Of a DNA stretch of 64,000 nt, positions 38,801 through 48,037 are shown in pieces (the stretch's first letter is position 1; each line of letters begins with the position of its first letter). This stretch comes from a virus (lineage: Duplodnaviria; Heunggongvirae; Uroviricota; Caudoviricetes). Location: IMG/VR virus record IMGVR_UViG_3300042870_001966. One strand, written 5' to 3'. The position numbers were made by a program, and so were the translations under genes. The notes under the pieces were generated by a model. It had not been told where the DNA came from. It did not search any database and saw only the letters and a program-made list of their open reading frames with translations.

Positions 38801-39070
38801 ATGTCAGACTTAAATAATTATACAAAGATTCTATTGGACCTCATCCATCTAAGACAGACGGATTACTCGGCCTTTATGAATCGCTTGTACGAAGCCTTGA
38901 CTGGAGAATTTAAAGATGTAATACATGATAAGAGTCCAGTTGAAGATAAGACTCAAGCAATATGGACTATGATAAAACATTTTGAGAAGAACGAAGAGTT
39001 CGAGAAATGCGCTGACTTGAAGAAGTTAGCTGACGAATTAGATCCAACCTATAAACCCGTAAACCACTAA
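38801..39070 (+). CDS. protein with UVR-like C-terminus
   Basis: EEFEKCADLKK; AGTATAAT upstream. Confidence 0.65.
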   Translation: MSDLNNYTKILLDLIHLRQTDYSAFMNRLYEALTGEFKDVIHDKSPVEDKTQAIWTMIKHFEKNEEFEKCADLKKLADELDPTYKPVNH

Positions 39071-39249
39071 CCTATGCCAATGTGTATCCTAGCAGGAATC
39101 CTAGTTATAGTAGCTATCCTGTACAATTTCAAGAAAGAAGAATATTAATAATTGATTATTGGTTTGATCAGTTGATAAAGAAAGGGTTCTCGAAAGGAGC
39201 CCTTTTCTGGTTTCTTAGTATAAGATATAAAAGATAATACTTATTACAA

Positions 39250-39558
39250 ATGGCAGTTGCATTAATTAAACTTACAATGGGTACCCGAATTCTAGAGTTT
39301 ACCCCAGCCCAGGTTCAGGTAATTGAATATAATTCTGGAGAAAACAATATCCGTATTGCTCTTGTCGGCGGATACACAATAGACTTCGTAACGCCCAGCC
39401 CGGCCGACGCGTTGGCCAAGCTGACCTTGCTCGAGACAGCTATGAACAGTGGAACCGGTATTGCGTCTATCAACGATCTCAACACGGCGGCTACGACAAC
39501 AACTACGACCGCTGCTCCTCCTACTACGACCTCTTCTCCTGGCGGACCGTCCGCTTAA
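39250..39558 (+). CDS. hypothetical protein with Thr/Pro-rich tail
   Basis: AATTTTTTAAPPTTTSSP. Confidence 0.65.
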   Translation: MAVALIKLTMGTRILEFTPAQVQVIEYNSGENNIRIALVGGYTIDFVTPSPADALAKLTLLETAMNSGTGIASINDLNTAATTTTTTAAPPTTTSSPGGPSA

Positions 39559-39663
39559 CTTCAAATTGTTAATAACTTTAGTTGAAAATAATTGTGAAAA
39601 AGTTTTTTAGTCTCAAAGATTCTTTTTATATTTACTCTATATTAATCAATTAAAAAACAAACC

Positions 39664-40053
39664 ATGGAAAAATTAGTTTTAGTTAGATTCGGACAAGCAC
39701 CAAGTCCAGTAGTATCAAGAGCATTAGCACCACACATCGTTGGTCAAGCAGTTGCCGTTCCTGTCCCAGGCGCGATCCTTTCAGTATTCAATACAGATTC
39801 TAATTTGGATCGGGTATGCGATGACATCAAGGAGACCGGAGCGTTCTTCATCTTAGCTCGATTCAACGATATCAATATCGAGTTACCGGAAGAACTTATA
39901 CAAGTAATCCACAAAGCAATGGGGACCTCAACTCCAACTCCTCACGAGACCGAAAGAGTCTATACAATGGACGAGTTGTTAGACCTCATCTCGAAAAACG
40001 GAATTGATTCTTTAACCCAAGATCAACGTCAACAATTAGAGAACCTCGGATAG
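39664..40053 (+). CDS. early hypothetical protein
   Basis: After an early promoter. Confidence 0.75.
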   Translation: MEKLVLVRFGQAPSPVVSRALAPHIVGQAVAVPVPGAILSVFNTDSNLDRVCDDIKETGAFFILARFNDINIELPEELIQVIHKAMGTSTPTPHETERVYTMDELLDLISKNGIDSLTQDQRQQLENLG

Positions 40054-40095
40054 GGGTTCTTTTCTCGGTTAAATATAATCAAATAATTAATTCTT

Positions 40096-40308
40096 ATGAA
40101 AGAGATTCTAAGGTTATACATCGAAACAAAAGGTCAAGAGACCTGCGTTAAAGACCCAAAGGAAATGATAAAGATTCTTTCCAAATCCAAAGCAGACATA
40201 GACCTAGACTTCGAGTACGGCGGTCGTGTAAAGATGGGTTCAAGTCGAGAGTTCATAGGCCAAACAGTAAAGGTCGGAGACCACGAACTTGAAATACCAG
40301 CCCACTAA
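40096..40308 (+). CDS. hypothetical protein
   Basis: 70-aa ORF. Confidence 0.65.
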   Translation: MKEILRLYIETKGQETCVKDPKEMIKILSKSKADIDLDFEYGGRVKMGSSREFIGQTVKVGDHELEIPAH

Positions 40309-40380
40309 TTGTTAATAACTTTCCCGAAAATAATTAACCCCGGATTTTTTAGATTCGGGGTTTTTTTTGTATATTTACTC

Positions 40381-40430
40381 TATAATTAAACGGTTCGCCT
40401 AACAAGCGCAGAGGGTAGACTCCGACCTAC
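40381..40430 (+). repeat. 50-bp repeat, copy 2 (candidate small RNA)
   Basis: See 36220-36269. Confidence 0.85.
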
Positions 40431-40558
40431 GTGGTACCCAGAAGTTATGAACACTCAATTGTTAATAACTTTTTTTAAAAATAATTCACAAATAATTTTT
40501 TAGTGTCAAAGTTTCTGCTTATATTTGTACTATATTAATCAATTAAAAACAAACCAAT

Positions 40559-40816
40559 ATGCAGACATCATTTCAGCCAATCACACCGGAAGTTTTAAAA
40601 CAAAGACTCCACGTAGCAATCACGAAGTTCTTCTTCGTAAAGAAAGATGGATCCCTAAGAGAAGTAATGGGAACCACTAATTTGAACCACATCCCCGCGG
40701 ATAAACACCCACAGGGCGTACGAGAAACGCCACCATCTGTAATCGTGTTCTGGGATCTCTTAGCGGGAGATTGGAGAAGCGCTAAAGTAGAAACTCAATT
40801 CTTTATTAACCACTAA
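40559..40816 (+). CDS. SH3-like beta-barrel (WYL_2/DUF2693-like) protein
   Basis: FFFVKKDGSLREVMGT...FWDLLAGDWRS. Confidence 0.65.
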   Translation: MQTSFQPITPEVLKQRLHVAITKFFFVKKDGSLREVMGTTNLNHIPADKHPQGVRETPPSVIVFWDLLAGDWRSAKVETQFFINH

Positions 40817-40829
40817 AACCAAAAGGATC

Positions 40830-40997
40830 ATGGCAACACAAGAAGCAATAGACGAAGCAAAGGAATTATTCGGCGAGGACGTCGTATTCCAAGTAATGGA
40901 GGTAGTCGCAATGTCTGACGCAGACGGAGCCTACACAATGTTCGAAGATCAAGGAATGTTTGAATTCGCTGAGGCTGTAGAGTTCCTCTATTTTTAG
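40830..40997 (+). CDS. small acidic protein (not in ORF track)
   Basis: MATQEAIDEAKELFGED..., 55 aa. Confidence 0.6.
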   Translation: MATQEAIDEAKELFGEDVVFQVMEVVAMSDADGAYTMFEDQGMFEFAEAVEFLYF

Positions 40998-41063
40998 AGA
41001 AAACTGTAGCCCAAATAGATAAAACTGTAGTACATTAGTATAAACAATCAAACCAAAATAATT

Positions 41064-42197
41064 ATGCAAGAACTTAAAATCGGAAAAAAAGAGTTAACTG
41101 TTAGAAACTTCTTCGAGCGCCACCACAACGGCCGAGTTCCTAACCTAACCGTACAGCAACTGTACACGCAGTTCATGACGCAAGAAGCTGACTGCACAGG
41201 AATATCATACGGATTATTTAACGGCGTAATTAAGAAACTACGCTTCGAGACGGGAGACTCCCTAGTCCCCGGTCCAGGCCAAAGCACTGTCGCACGTCCA
41301 ACCGCCGAAGCCCAAGCAGACGCAGACGTTGAGATCAGCGACGAGCCAGAGATCTTCGAGATTGGAGCAATGGATTTTCCAGACTTCAAGAAGTTCTTAA
41401 CTGGATCTGTGTTCGACAAGTTAATGTCTGACCATGACGAAGAAGGAGGAGTATTCGCTGGTACTGCCAATATTGTTATCGGAGAGTCGGGAGTTGGTAA
41501 GTCAACTATTACATTAGACCTCTTAGCTAAGATTAAACAGAAGCAACCGGATGCGAAGGTCCTCTACATCTCAAGTGAAATGACACGTAACGATCTTTAC
41601 TTCTATTACAGAAAGATGCCGATCATCGAGACAATCCCAACCCTCTTGATTATGGATTATCTAATGGGTCGTTTCGACAAGACCTTGGAGAAGGCAATCA
41701 ACGGAGACTACGACGTAATCCTAATCGACTCGCACCAAGACATTATTGTAAAGCTGAAAGATGTTCTAGGCTGGAAGAGTACCAAAGCCGAGACATGGTT
41801 AACTAACCTCATCATCGAAGCTGCGGACAAGAAAGGAAAAGCAATCTTTGCAATCCAACACATGACTAAAGGCGGACAGTACGTAGGCTCGACCTACCTC
41901 AAACACGCAACCACAAGCATGATGGAAATCCGCAAGGACGAAGCCGGCCGCCGCTACGCTGAATTTACAAAGAACCGCCGTGGAGGTAGCCTAGTCGGCA
42001 AGCGATTGTACTACTCCCTAGTAGACGGAGAGGTTAAATGGGACGAGAACGCATGGAGACAGGAGAATGTTGTAGCAGATCTTGCGGAACAAGAGTCTGA
42101 CCGCCGTCAACGATTGGAAGGAGAGTTCAACAATCTTTTCCTAAGCGTAAAACGCCCAGCAACTGACGAGACCCCGACCGCAACTGAAGTAGAATAG
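41064..42197 (+). CDS. RadA/Sms-like RecA-fold ATPase (no Lon-type C-domain)
   Basis: Walker A GESGVGKST, YISSEM, Walker B ILIDS, HMTKGG..VGS..LKH, KNRRG. Confidence 0.8.
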   Translation: MQELKIGKKELTVRNFFERHHNGRVPNLTVQQLYTQFMTQEADCTGISYGLFNGVIKKLRFETGDSLVPGPGQSTVARPTAEAQADADVEISDEPEIFEIGAMDFPDFKKFLTGSVFDKLMSDHDEEGGVFAGTANIVIGESGVGKSTITLDLLAKIKQKQPDAKVLYISSEMTRNDLYFYYRKMPIIETIPTLLIMDYLMGRFDKTLEKAINGDYDVILIDSHQDIIVKLKDVLGWKSTKAETWLTNLIIEAADKKGKAIFAIQHMTKGGQYVGSTYLKHATTSMMEIRKDEAGRRYAEFTKNRRGGSLVGKRLYYSLVDGEVKWDENAWRQENVVADLAEQESDRRQRLEGEFNNLFLSVKRPATDETPTATEVE

Positions 42198-42252
42198 TCG
42201 GAAACTGTTGAAGAAAATTTAGTATATTAATCTTATAAAAAACAAATAGAAA

Positions 42253-43371
42253 ATGATAAGTCAATCGCAATTCGATCAAGCCAAAGCGGACCTAGCAGGA
42301 AACAATCCACTAGTGAAACGCGTAAAATTATCTGATATTGTCCTTAACGACAATTCAATCAAACACAACTCTATCGAGATAGAGGGTTCACGTGTCCCTG
42401 TGTCCAACAAGTTCTTTAATAGACTAGGTCAAATGGTTAACCTTAACGCCGGCCTAATCAATAAGATGAACAAGAACGAGGACAAGGATATTGAGACCAA
42501 GTTGTTGCAGACTATAAAGTCTTATTCAGAAACCAGAGACGGAGCAAAAGAGTTCCTTCTTATCGGAGACGCTGGAAGCCATCAGGTAACCAATATTGTC
42601 CGAGCTGATAAGTACAATAGATTGTCTAATGAGACTCTATTCGCGACAGCCGAGACCATGATGAATGAAATCCCGGACATGCATATCGAGTCAATCGACA
42701 ACAACGGGCCAGGCGGAGTAAGTATAAACCTTATCCACGGCAGCCAAGTTGGCTACGAGAGAATCGGTAAGGACGAGGTCTTCAGATTCGGAGTATCCTT
42801 GGTAAATACCGGAACCGCAAGTCGAGTGGACGATTTCTTCTACCGTCTGTCATGCGCAAACGGTGCAGTCGCTAGAAACCTAAACACTGCGTTCGAGTTT
42901 GGAAACGGCGACGATGCTTTCCGCAAGTTGCTAGACCAAATGAATGGTTGGGCCAAGACCGGGTTCGTACCTAAAACTTTCCAAGACAGATTGGAGCGAG
43001 CAATGGTAACCAAAGCAAGCTACGCCGAAGTTGAGCGAGCTCTACACTCGGTAACTGGAGCTATCGATAATAAAAATTTCGATATGCACGCTAAATTAGT
43101 ACGTGGAGCTGAGGAACAATTCTTTCCAGAGTACGATGCGGCAACCAAACGAATCTTCCGTGCAGGCTTTAACTCTATGCAGTTGACCGATGCTCAAAAG
43201 AAGTTCATCAAGACTGATGCAACTATCTGGGACGTTGTTAACGAGTTGACATGGATTGGAAGTCACGATACAATCTTCGACCTGAAGAACAATAAAAACT
43301 TCAAGGTAGCGGGTGGAAGCCTCTTCACTAAAACATGGGACCTTGAGCACGCAGGATTAGCTCAAATCTAA
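42253..43371 (+). CDS. DUF932-like protein
   Basis: FGVSLVN...YRLSCANG resembles the DUF932 RLxCxNG motif. Confidence 0.6.
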   Translation: MISQSQFDQAKADLAGNNPLVKRVKLSDIVLNDNSIKHNSIEIEGSRVPVSNKFFNRLGQMVNLNAGLINKMNKNEDKDIETKLLQTIKSYSETRDGAKEFLLIGDAGSHQVTNIVRADKYNRLSNETLFATAETMMNEIPDMHIESIDNNGPGGVSINLIHGSQVGYERIGKDEVFRFGVSLVNTGTASRVDDFFYRLSCANGAVARNLNTAFEFGNGDDAFRKLLDQMNGWAKTGFVPKTFQDRLERAMVTKASYAEVERALHSVTGAIDNKNFDMHAKLVRGAEEQFFPEYDAATKRIFRAGFNSMQLTDAQKKFIKTDATIWDVVNELTWIGSHDTIFDLKNNKNFKVAGGSLFTKTWDLEHAGLAQI

Positions 43372-43730
43372 ACACTAAATACAACTATGACTACCCTAAA
43401 AGGGGTCCTCAGAAGGGACCCCTTTTTTGTGTGAATAGGGATCACTCCCTAGTCCCATTACCCCTGACCAACTGATCTCTTAAGGTAGTTCTTAGCCGCC
43501 TTGCTGCGAGAGCTCTTGCTCTTTGCATGCACGCCCGGACGTTTACGTTTAGAGCTCGGTCTGTGTACAGAACCGGTAGCTCCCGCTTTTGCTTTAGCCA
43601 TCAGTGATATTATATTTTCTTATTATTTAATCCCAAAATCCGTGCAGTCCCGGCATGGGTTCTGGACCCTACCCCAGCTCGAGGGGTTTTCGCGCACAGT
43701 AACCTTCAACCGCCGGAAATAAATAACCTT

Positions 43731-44240
43731 ATGAAAAAGGAATTAGCAGCAGAGGATCTTGATTTTATCAGATTCTGTATAGAAGAACTGGAGATCGAGA
43801 CCAGCCCCAATATCAGCATAGGCGACGACCATAACAAGGCCAAGCAGGTCCGAGCTATGGGTTACTATACACCAGTGGATAACCAGATCTGGGTACTACG
43901 CGGACTCCGGGTAGCAGCTGACTGGTACCGGACCCTAGCCCATGAATTGGTACATTGGCGCCAGCGCGAGTTGGGCCAGCAGATGGATGGTTCGGATGGG
44001 TCAGACCTGGAGAATGAAGCTAATTCTAAAGCTGCAGTCCTACTACGTGAATGGGGCAGAAGGGATGAAGCAATCTATAGCGAACCAGTGGTGGAGACTC
44101 AGGATGAAATGAGTAGTCCACGGACGCAATACTACCTGGAGTACTATGGTAACCTTAGCCCATCAGGCTTCAGTCTCTCTACTGTAGGCGAAGAGGTCCG
44201 GATTACAATTCCCCCATCAGATTCCTGGCCTCAAGTATAA
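43731..44240 (+). CDS. HEXXH zinc-metallopeptidase-like late protein
   Basis: RTLAHELVHWRQ...ENEAN; ATAAATAA 5 nt before the ATG. Confidence 0.7.
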   Translation: MKKELAAEDLDFIRFCIEELEIETSPNISIGDDHNKAKQVRAMGYYTPVDNQIWVLRGLRVAADWYRTLAHELVHWRQRELGQQMDGSDGSDLENEANSKAAVLLREWGRRDEAIYSEPVVETQDEMSSPRTQYYLEYYGNLSPSGFSLSTVGEEVRITIPPSDSWPQV

Positions 44241-44841
44241 GGTTAGTAAGGTCGTCTTTAATCTCGTCCCTGTACTCTTGTCTGTGCAGGGTTTTTTGTA
44301 TAACATGTAATTCAACACCGTGCCAGGTTAGGAATCTCTCGAATAGATCTGCACCAGCAAAACGAGCCATCCGGTCCGGGGTTTCCATAACAACCATCGA
44401 GACCCGCTTGCGCAGGACAGACTCCATAATCTTGTCGAATCCGCCCCTACCTTCTAGGCTACCGGCCTTACCGATATCCCCTATAACCTGGTCTACCCTG
44501 ATCCCGGCCCGGGTACAGTACTCTAGGACCCTGTCCTGCTGAGCCTGCAGCCGCTTCTGGCTAGAGACACCGGCCTTGCCCTGGTCCGGGATTCCAGCCG
44601 CCCGGCAGTATACTATCACCTCTCGAGTTTGAGGTAGTCTACTCCCTAGTAGGTAGAGTAGCTGCTGCTTGTCGTAGTAGGTCCGCCCGTTTATAGAGTT
44701 CTTCCACTTATCCACCCGGCCCTGGGCTACGTAACCTTCTAGAGTCTTCAACGAAACCCCTAGGAATTCCGCGGCCTGCTTCTTGTACATGAGTTCCCCG
44801 CTAGGGAAGGGTCTTAGTTCTTGTGTTTGTTCCTGTTCCAT
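44203..44841 (-). CDS. IS607-TnpA-like serine recombinase (N-terminal HTH plus resolvase domain), atypical active site
   Basis: AAEFLGVSLKTL HTH; YCR-[AAGIPDQGKAG]-VSSQKRLQAQ; DIG..GS; VVMETPDRMARF; late promoter at 44847-44853. Confidence 0.8.
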   Translation of the reverse strand: MEQEQTQELRPFPSGELMYKKQAAEFLGVSLKTLEGYVAQGRVDKWKNSINGRTYYDKQQLLYLLGSRLPQTREVIVYCRAAGIPDQGKAGVSSQKRLQAQQDRVLEYCTRAGIRVDQVIGDIGKAGSLEGRGGFDKIMESVLRKRVSMVVMETPDRMARFAGADLFERFLTWHGVELHVIQKTLHRQEYRDEIKDDLTNLILEARNLMGEL

Positions 44842-44855
44842 GGGGTTATTTATCC

Positions 44856-45340
44856 GGGTACCCAGCTGCTGGTCGAGAAGTCCACGGGCCCGGGTTCCCG
44901 CGGTTTCCGGCTAGACCCCGCCTACTCGGGCCCCTCTAGACTCTGGGGCTTCCGGTCGGGCCGCGGAGCCGAGGCAGGGGTTACTCCCTAGTCCCCATAA
45001 ATGCACAGTCTGTATCCTTTGGGCGCTGCCAGCTGCCTGTACTCCCTAGTCCCGAGTAGGCCGGTGGTTGGCTGGGCAGGCTGGGGTCCGGGTCCTGGCC
45101 TAGGTAAGAGTCCGGTACCTTGGTCTTGGCTAGTCTAGGTCTGGGTCTATAGGATAGGGTTCTGAATAGGGTTGGGTATAGGGTCTGGTATACCCGTTAT
45201 TTTTCTTTTTATGTATATAAGTAGACAGAGTCTTGCCTATAGAGTTTCTTCTTAGAGTAGTATAATTTCTTAGAGTAGTAGGGCGCGCCTCTAAGCTTTG
45301 GGACGCAAACGTACCCATGGCCCGGGCCTGGACCCATTGG
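44856..45340. other. GC-rich non-coding island
   Basis: Dense CCGG/GGCC, two ACTCCCTAGT copies, G-runs at 45143-45183. Confidence 0.65.
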
Positions 45341-45356
45341 GTATAATAGACTCTAT

Positions 45357-45447
45357 AGTCAGGTGGCTTAAAGTTGGTTCGACTCCAAAAATAGGATATG
45401 GTATCGTTGCGATCGGAAACTTACAGGTTCGAATCCTGTCCTGACTA
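45357..45447 (+). ncRNA. tRNA-like RNA 1 of the AGTCAGG family
   Basis: Acceptor AGTCAGG/CCTGACT-A, T-arm ACAGG-TTCGAAT-CCTGT; no valid D or anticodon arm. Confidence 0.65.
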
Positions 45448-45521
45448 CAAAAGAATGAGTTCACAATTTACCGATGCACTCCATTATGGATTCACAATAG
45501 GTTAATGCACCTCATTCATTT

Positions 45522-45647
45522 AGTCAGGTGGCGGAATTGGTTAGACGCATGAATAAAGGTTAATAGTAAGGATAACGTGAGTAACCTCGAAAGACCCGTT
45601 AAGACTGCTCATAAGTTATCATACAGGTTCGAATCCTGTCCTGACTA
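45522..45647 (+). ncRNA. tRNA-like RNA 2 of the AGTCAGG family
   Basis: Same acceptor and T-arm, Leu-type D-arm TGGCGGAATTGGTTAGACGC; anticodon arm replaced by a long stem (gataac/gttatc, gtgag/ctcat). Confidence 0.7.
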
Positions 45648-45781
45648 CGCAAAAAACAGGTAGACGGAGTTTCCCTACCCTGCAAAGGCCGGGTTTTACA
45701 AGTCTTTTTTAGGTATAATAGAAAAACATAAAAGTATAATAATTGTGCATCATAAAAATATAACTTTTAAAAACAGGAACA

Positions 45782-46042
45782 ATGAAAACTGTCTATAAAT
45801 ACGAGGTACCTTCAATGGACTGTACCGTAAGATTACCTAAAGGTGCAAAGCTCCTAACCCTAAAATTACAGAGGGGTACCCTAAACCTTTGGGCTCTGGT
45901 CGATCCAGCCTGTGCTGAATTGGAAGATCGCCATATCCTTATTGTTGGTACCGGCTGGGATGTTGAAGACACCATGCGCTACATCACGACCTACTTTGAC
46001 GAGTATTTCGTGTGGCACGCTTTTGAATTAATAAAAGAATAA
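45782..46042 (+). CDS. conserved phage hypothetical protein
   Basis: MKTVYKY...LWALVDP...GTGW...WHAFE. Confidence 0.75.
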   Translation: MKTVYKYEVPSMDCTVRLPKGAKLLTLKLQRGTLNLWALVDPACAELEDRHILIVGTGWDVEDTMRYITTYFDEYFVWHAFELIKE

Positions 46043-46052
46043 ACTTTAAACC

Positions 46053-46256
46053 ATGTTAGAACAAATCCTATTCTCAGCAACCTTTGTATTTGGAGTCTTG
46101 AGTCTCTTGACCCGTACCAAGCTATTTGATACTACTCTTGGCGGACTGCTCGATACCCTGTACTGGCGTAAGCTACCTCCAGTCTTTCAGTGGATTGACG
46201 TGATCCTATTTCTACTGTGCCTTGGCTATCAGGCAAATTACTGGCTCTATAATTAA
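46053..46256 (+). CDS. small membrane protein
   Basis: Two TM segments. Confidence 0.65.
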   Translation: MLEQILFSATFVFGVLSLLTRTKLFDTTLGGLLDTLYWRKLPPVFQWIDVILFLLCLGYQANYWLYN

Positions 46257-46270
46257 TAAAAGAATAAACT

Positions 46271-46621
46271 ATGGTAAATATTAGCGCACTACTTACTGGC
46301 ATCATATTTGGATTCCTTGCCCAGTCCCTAACCTTCTTTCAGTTGCAAGGCTCGCTGAAGTTTGAGTGGTTCAAGAATCATTACTGGTTAACGGTCCTCA
46401 TGGGGATTCCGGTCTCGATGCTGTTCATGTACTCAGTAAAGAACATGGTGATCGCATTCAACGGGCAGTTGTGGCCGTCCAGACTAATAGGCTTCTCGAT
46501 AGGAGCTATTGTGTTTACGTGGTTAAGTTGGGCCATCTTTAGCGAGCCAGTAACCCCAAAGACCTGGGTCTGCCTGACTCTCGCAATGACAATCCTATTA
46601 ATACAATTATTTTGGAAATGA
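46271..46621 (+). CDS. four-TM protein, DMT/SMR-like
   Basis: Four hydrophobic helices; FSEPVTPKTWVCL resembles a DMT C-terminus. Confidence 0.6.
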   Translation: MVNISALLTGIIFGFLAQSLTFFQLQGSLKFEWFKNHYWLTVLMGIPVSMLFMYSVKNMVIAFNGQLWPSRLIGFSIGAIVFTWLSWAIFSEPVTPKTWVCLTLAMTILLIQLFWK

Positions 46622-46662
46622 TAGAGCCCGGAGGAAGAGGACCCCAAAGAACCCAATAAATT

Positions 46663-46857
46663 ATGACACCGATATATTTTCAACCAAAAGGAATCAACCC
46701 TAAATACTGCGAAGTGGGTATGATTTCAGAAACGGATCCTAACTACATTTGGTACCTAGACGAACCGTGTAAAATTCTAGTTAGCGCAGTAAAAATTATA
46801 GACACAGCAAACGTATTTTATAATAAAAAAAGCAGGTCACACGAAGTAAAATTATGA
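46663..46857 (+). CDS. hypothetical protein
   Basis: 64-aa ORF. Confidence 0.6.
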   Translation: MTPIYFQPKGINPKYCEVGMISETDPNYIWYLDEPCKILVSAVKIIDTANVFYNKKSRSHEVKL

Positions 46858-47309
46858 CACAGAAAAGATTAACCCGAGAACAGAAGCTGCAGCATGCTGT
46901 GGCTGACTTAATTAACCAGATGTTTACCATTGCCGGTCATTCAGTAACCTATGACGAGATCAAGGACCGCAAGGATGCCTGGTACCAGGAATGGACCATG
47001 ACCTTTGCACAGGCAGAGGAATGGAAGGCATGGGGCGTCGCCTACCTGCGTAAGCACCTGAAAATGCGCAAGCCTCAGGCCGAGAAGGAAATGATGTGGG
47101 TCAATTTACAATGGGGTCTTAAGTACACGGACTGGCCGGGATCGGAAGAGTCTGCTGATAAAGAACAGATCATAAAGGCAATTACTCAACGAATCAAGGA
47201 GGAACAGAAGAAACACGAACGCAACATTCCTGACTGGCACGAGATTGCGGCACGAAAGATCTATGCAACCTTTGACATAACTACTAAACCTGAGTCAGAT
47301 GAGAAGTAA
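46854..47309 (+). CDS. hypothetical protein
   Basis: 151-aa ORF with ATGA overlap. Confidence 0.7.
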   Translation: MTQKRLTREQKLQHAVADLINQMFTIAGHSVTYDEIKDRKDAWYQEWTMTFAQAEEWKAWGVAYLRKHLKMRKPQAEKEMMWVNLQWGLKYTDWPGSEESADKEQIIKAITQRIKEEQKKHERNIPDWHEIAARKIYATFDITTKPESDEK

Positions 47310-47491
47310 AGTAGTAGAGAGACTGCTTAAGGAAATGGAGAACGATCCATGGCCAGTCAAGCTCAAACGTTGGTGGAGAGTCAAGTTGTGGGTATGGACC
47401 TGTAGAACCCGATTTATCTGGGACCTGAGCTATCAACACAACATTTTTAAGAAGCGAAAGTAGCAGGCCCAGCTCTTGTATAAATAATTCC

Positions 47492-47995
47492 ATGTTTAAG
47501 TACATTGCCGAAATATTAAAGAGCTTTACTCCAGCGCAGCGTATAACTGCCCTACTTATCCTGGTGTTTACGATTGTGATCGTGACGCTTGGACCTTCCA
47601 CTATTGACCGCCACACGAACACGTGCGATGAACTTAATATTAGAATCGCAAGTCAGGAGAAACAAATCATTGCTCTTACCTCACAGGTCGAGCAGCTCAA
47701 CTCAAATCTAATTTCCGGCCAGACCGAGTGTACGGCCAACCTGATTCAAAAGCAGCAAGAGATCATGAGTATCGTTAACCAAATGATTGATGAGACTCAG
47801 CGTAATATCAATTCTAAAAAGGTGCATGAAAGACGAATCATGCACGAAGAAATCGCACAGGACCCAAACGAGCCAAGGATGGCCTATTCAGTAGAGCCTG
47901 AACCTATACAAGTCCAGGTACCGGATGGCAAAGAGACCCTAATCAAACTTAAGCAGCTAAAGACCAAGCTTCAAAAGACAATCGAAAAACAGTAA
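47492..47995 (+). CDS. membrane-anchored coiled-coil protein
   Basis: N-terminal TM followed by a heptad-rich region. Confidence 0.65.
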   Translation: MFKYIAEILKSFTPAQRITALLILVFTIVIVTLGPSTIDRHTNTCDELNIRIASQEKQIIALTSQVEQLNSNLISGQTECTANLIQKQQEIMSIVNQMIDETQRNINSKKVHERRIMHEEIAQDPNEPRMAYSVEPEPIQVQVPDGKETLIKLKQLKTKLQKTIEKQ

Positions 47996-48037
47996 CTCTT
48001 GCTAATAAATAATCCTGTAAAAAAATACTAAATTACA

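Larger units (their letters stand above)
36863..45050 (+). repeat. dispersed polar 10-mer ACTCCCTAGT, 10 copies
   Basis: At 36863, 37394, 37634, 38311, 41257, 42013, 43444, 44641, 44983 and 45041, all + strand. Confidence 0.9.

Noticed and set aside
32440-40530. Regularly recurring ~40-bp AT-rich repeats as a CRISPR array
   Set aside because: The copies are degenerate, separated by whole genes of variable length, and match promoter architecture.
44203-44841. Active IS607 insertion sequence
   Set aside because: There is no tnpB and no recognisable element ends, the catalytic motif is altered, and the gene has a phage promoter. Treated as a domesticated gene.
45357-45647. Canonical tRNA-Leu genes or intron-containing tRNAs
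   Set aside because: No anticodon stem-loop can be formed, and the inserts are far too short for group I introns. Reported as tRNA-like RNAs instead.
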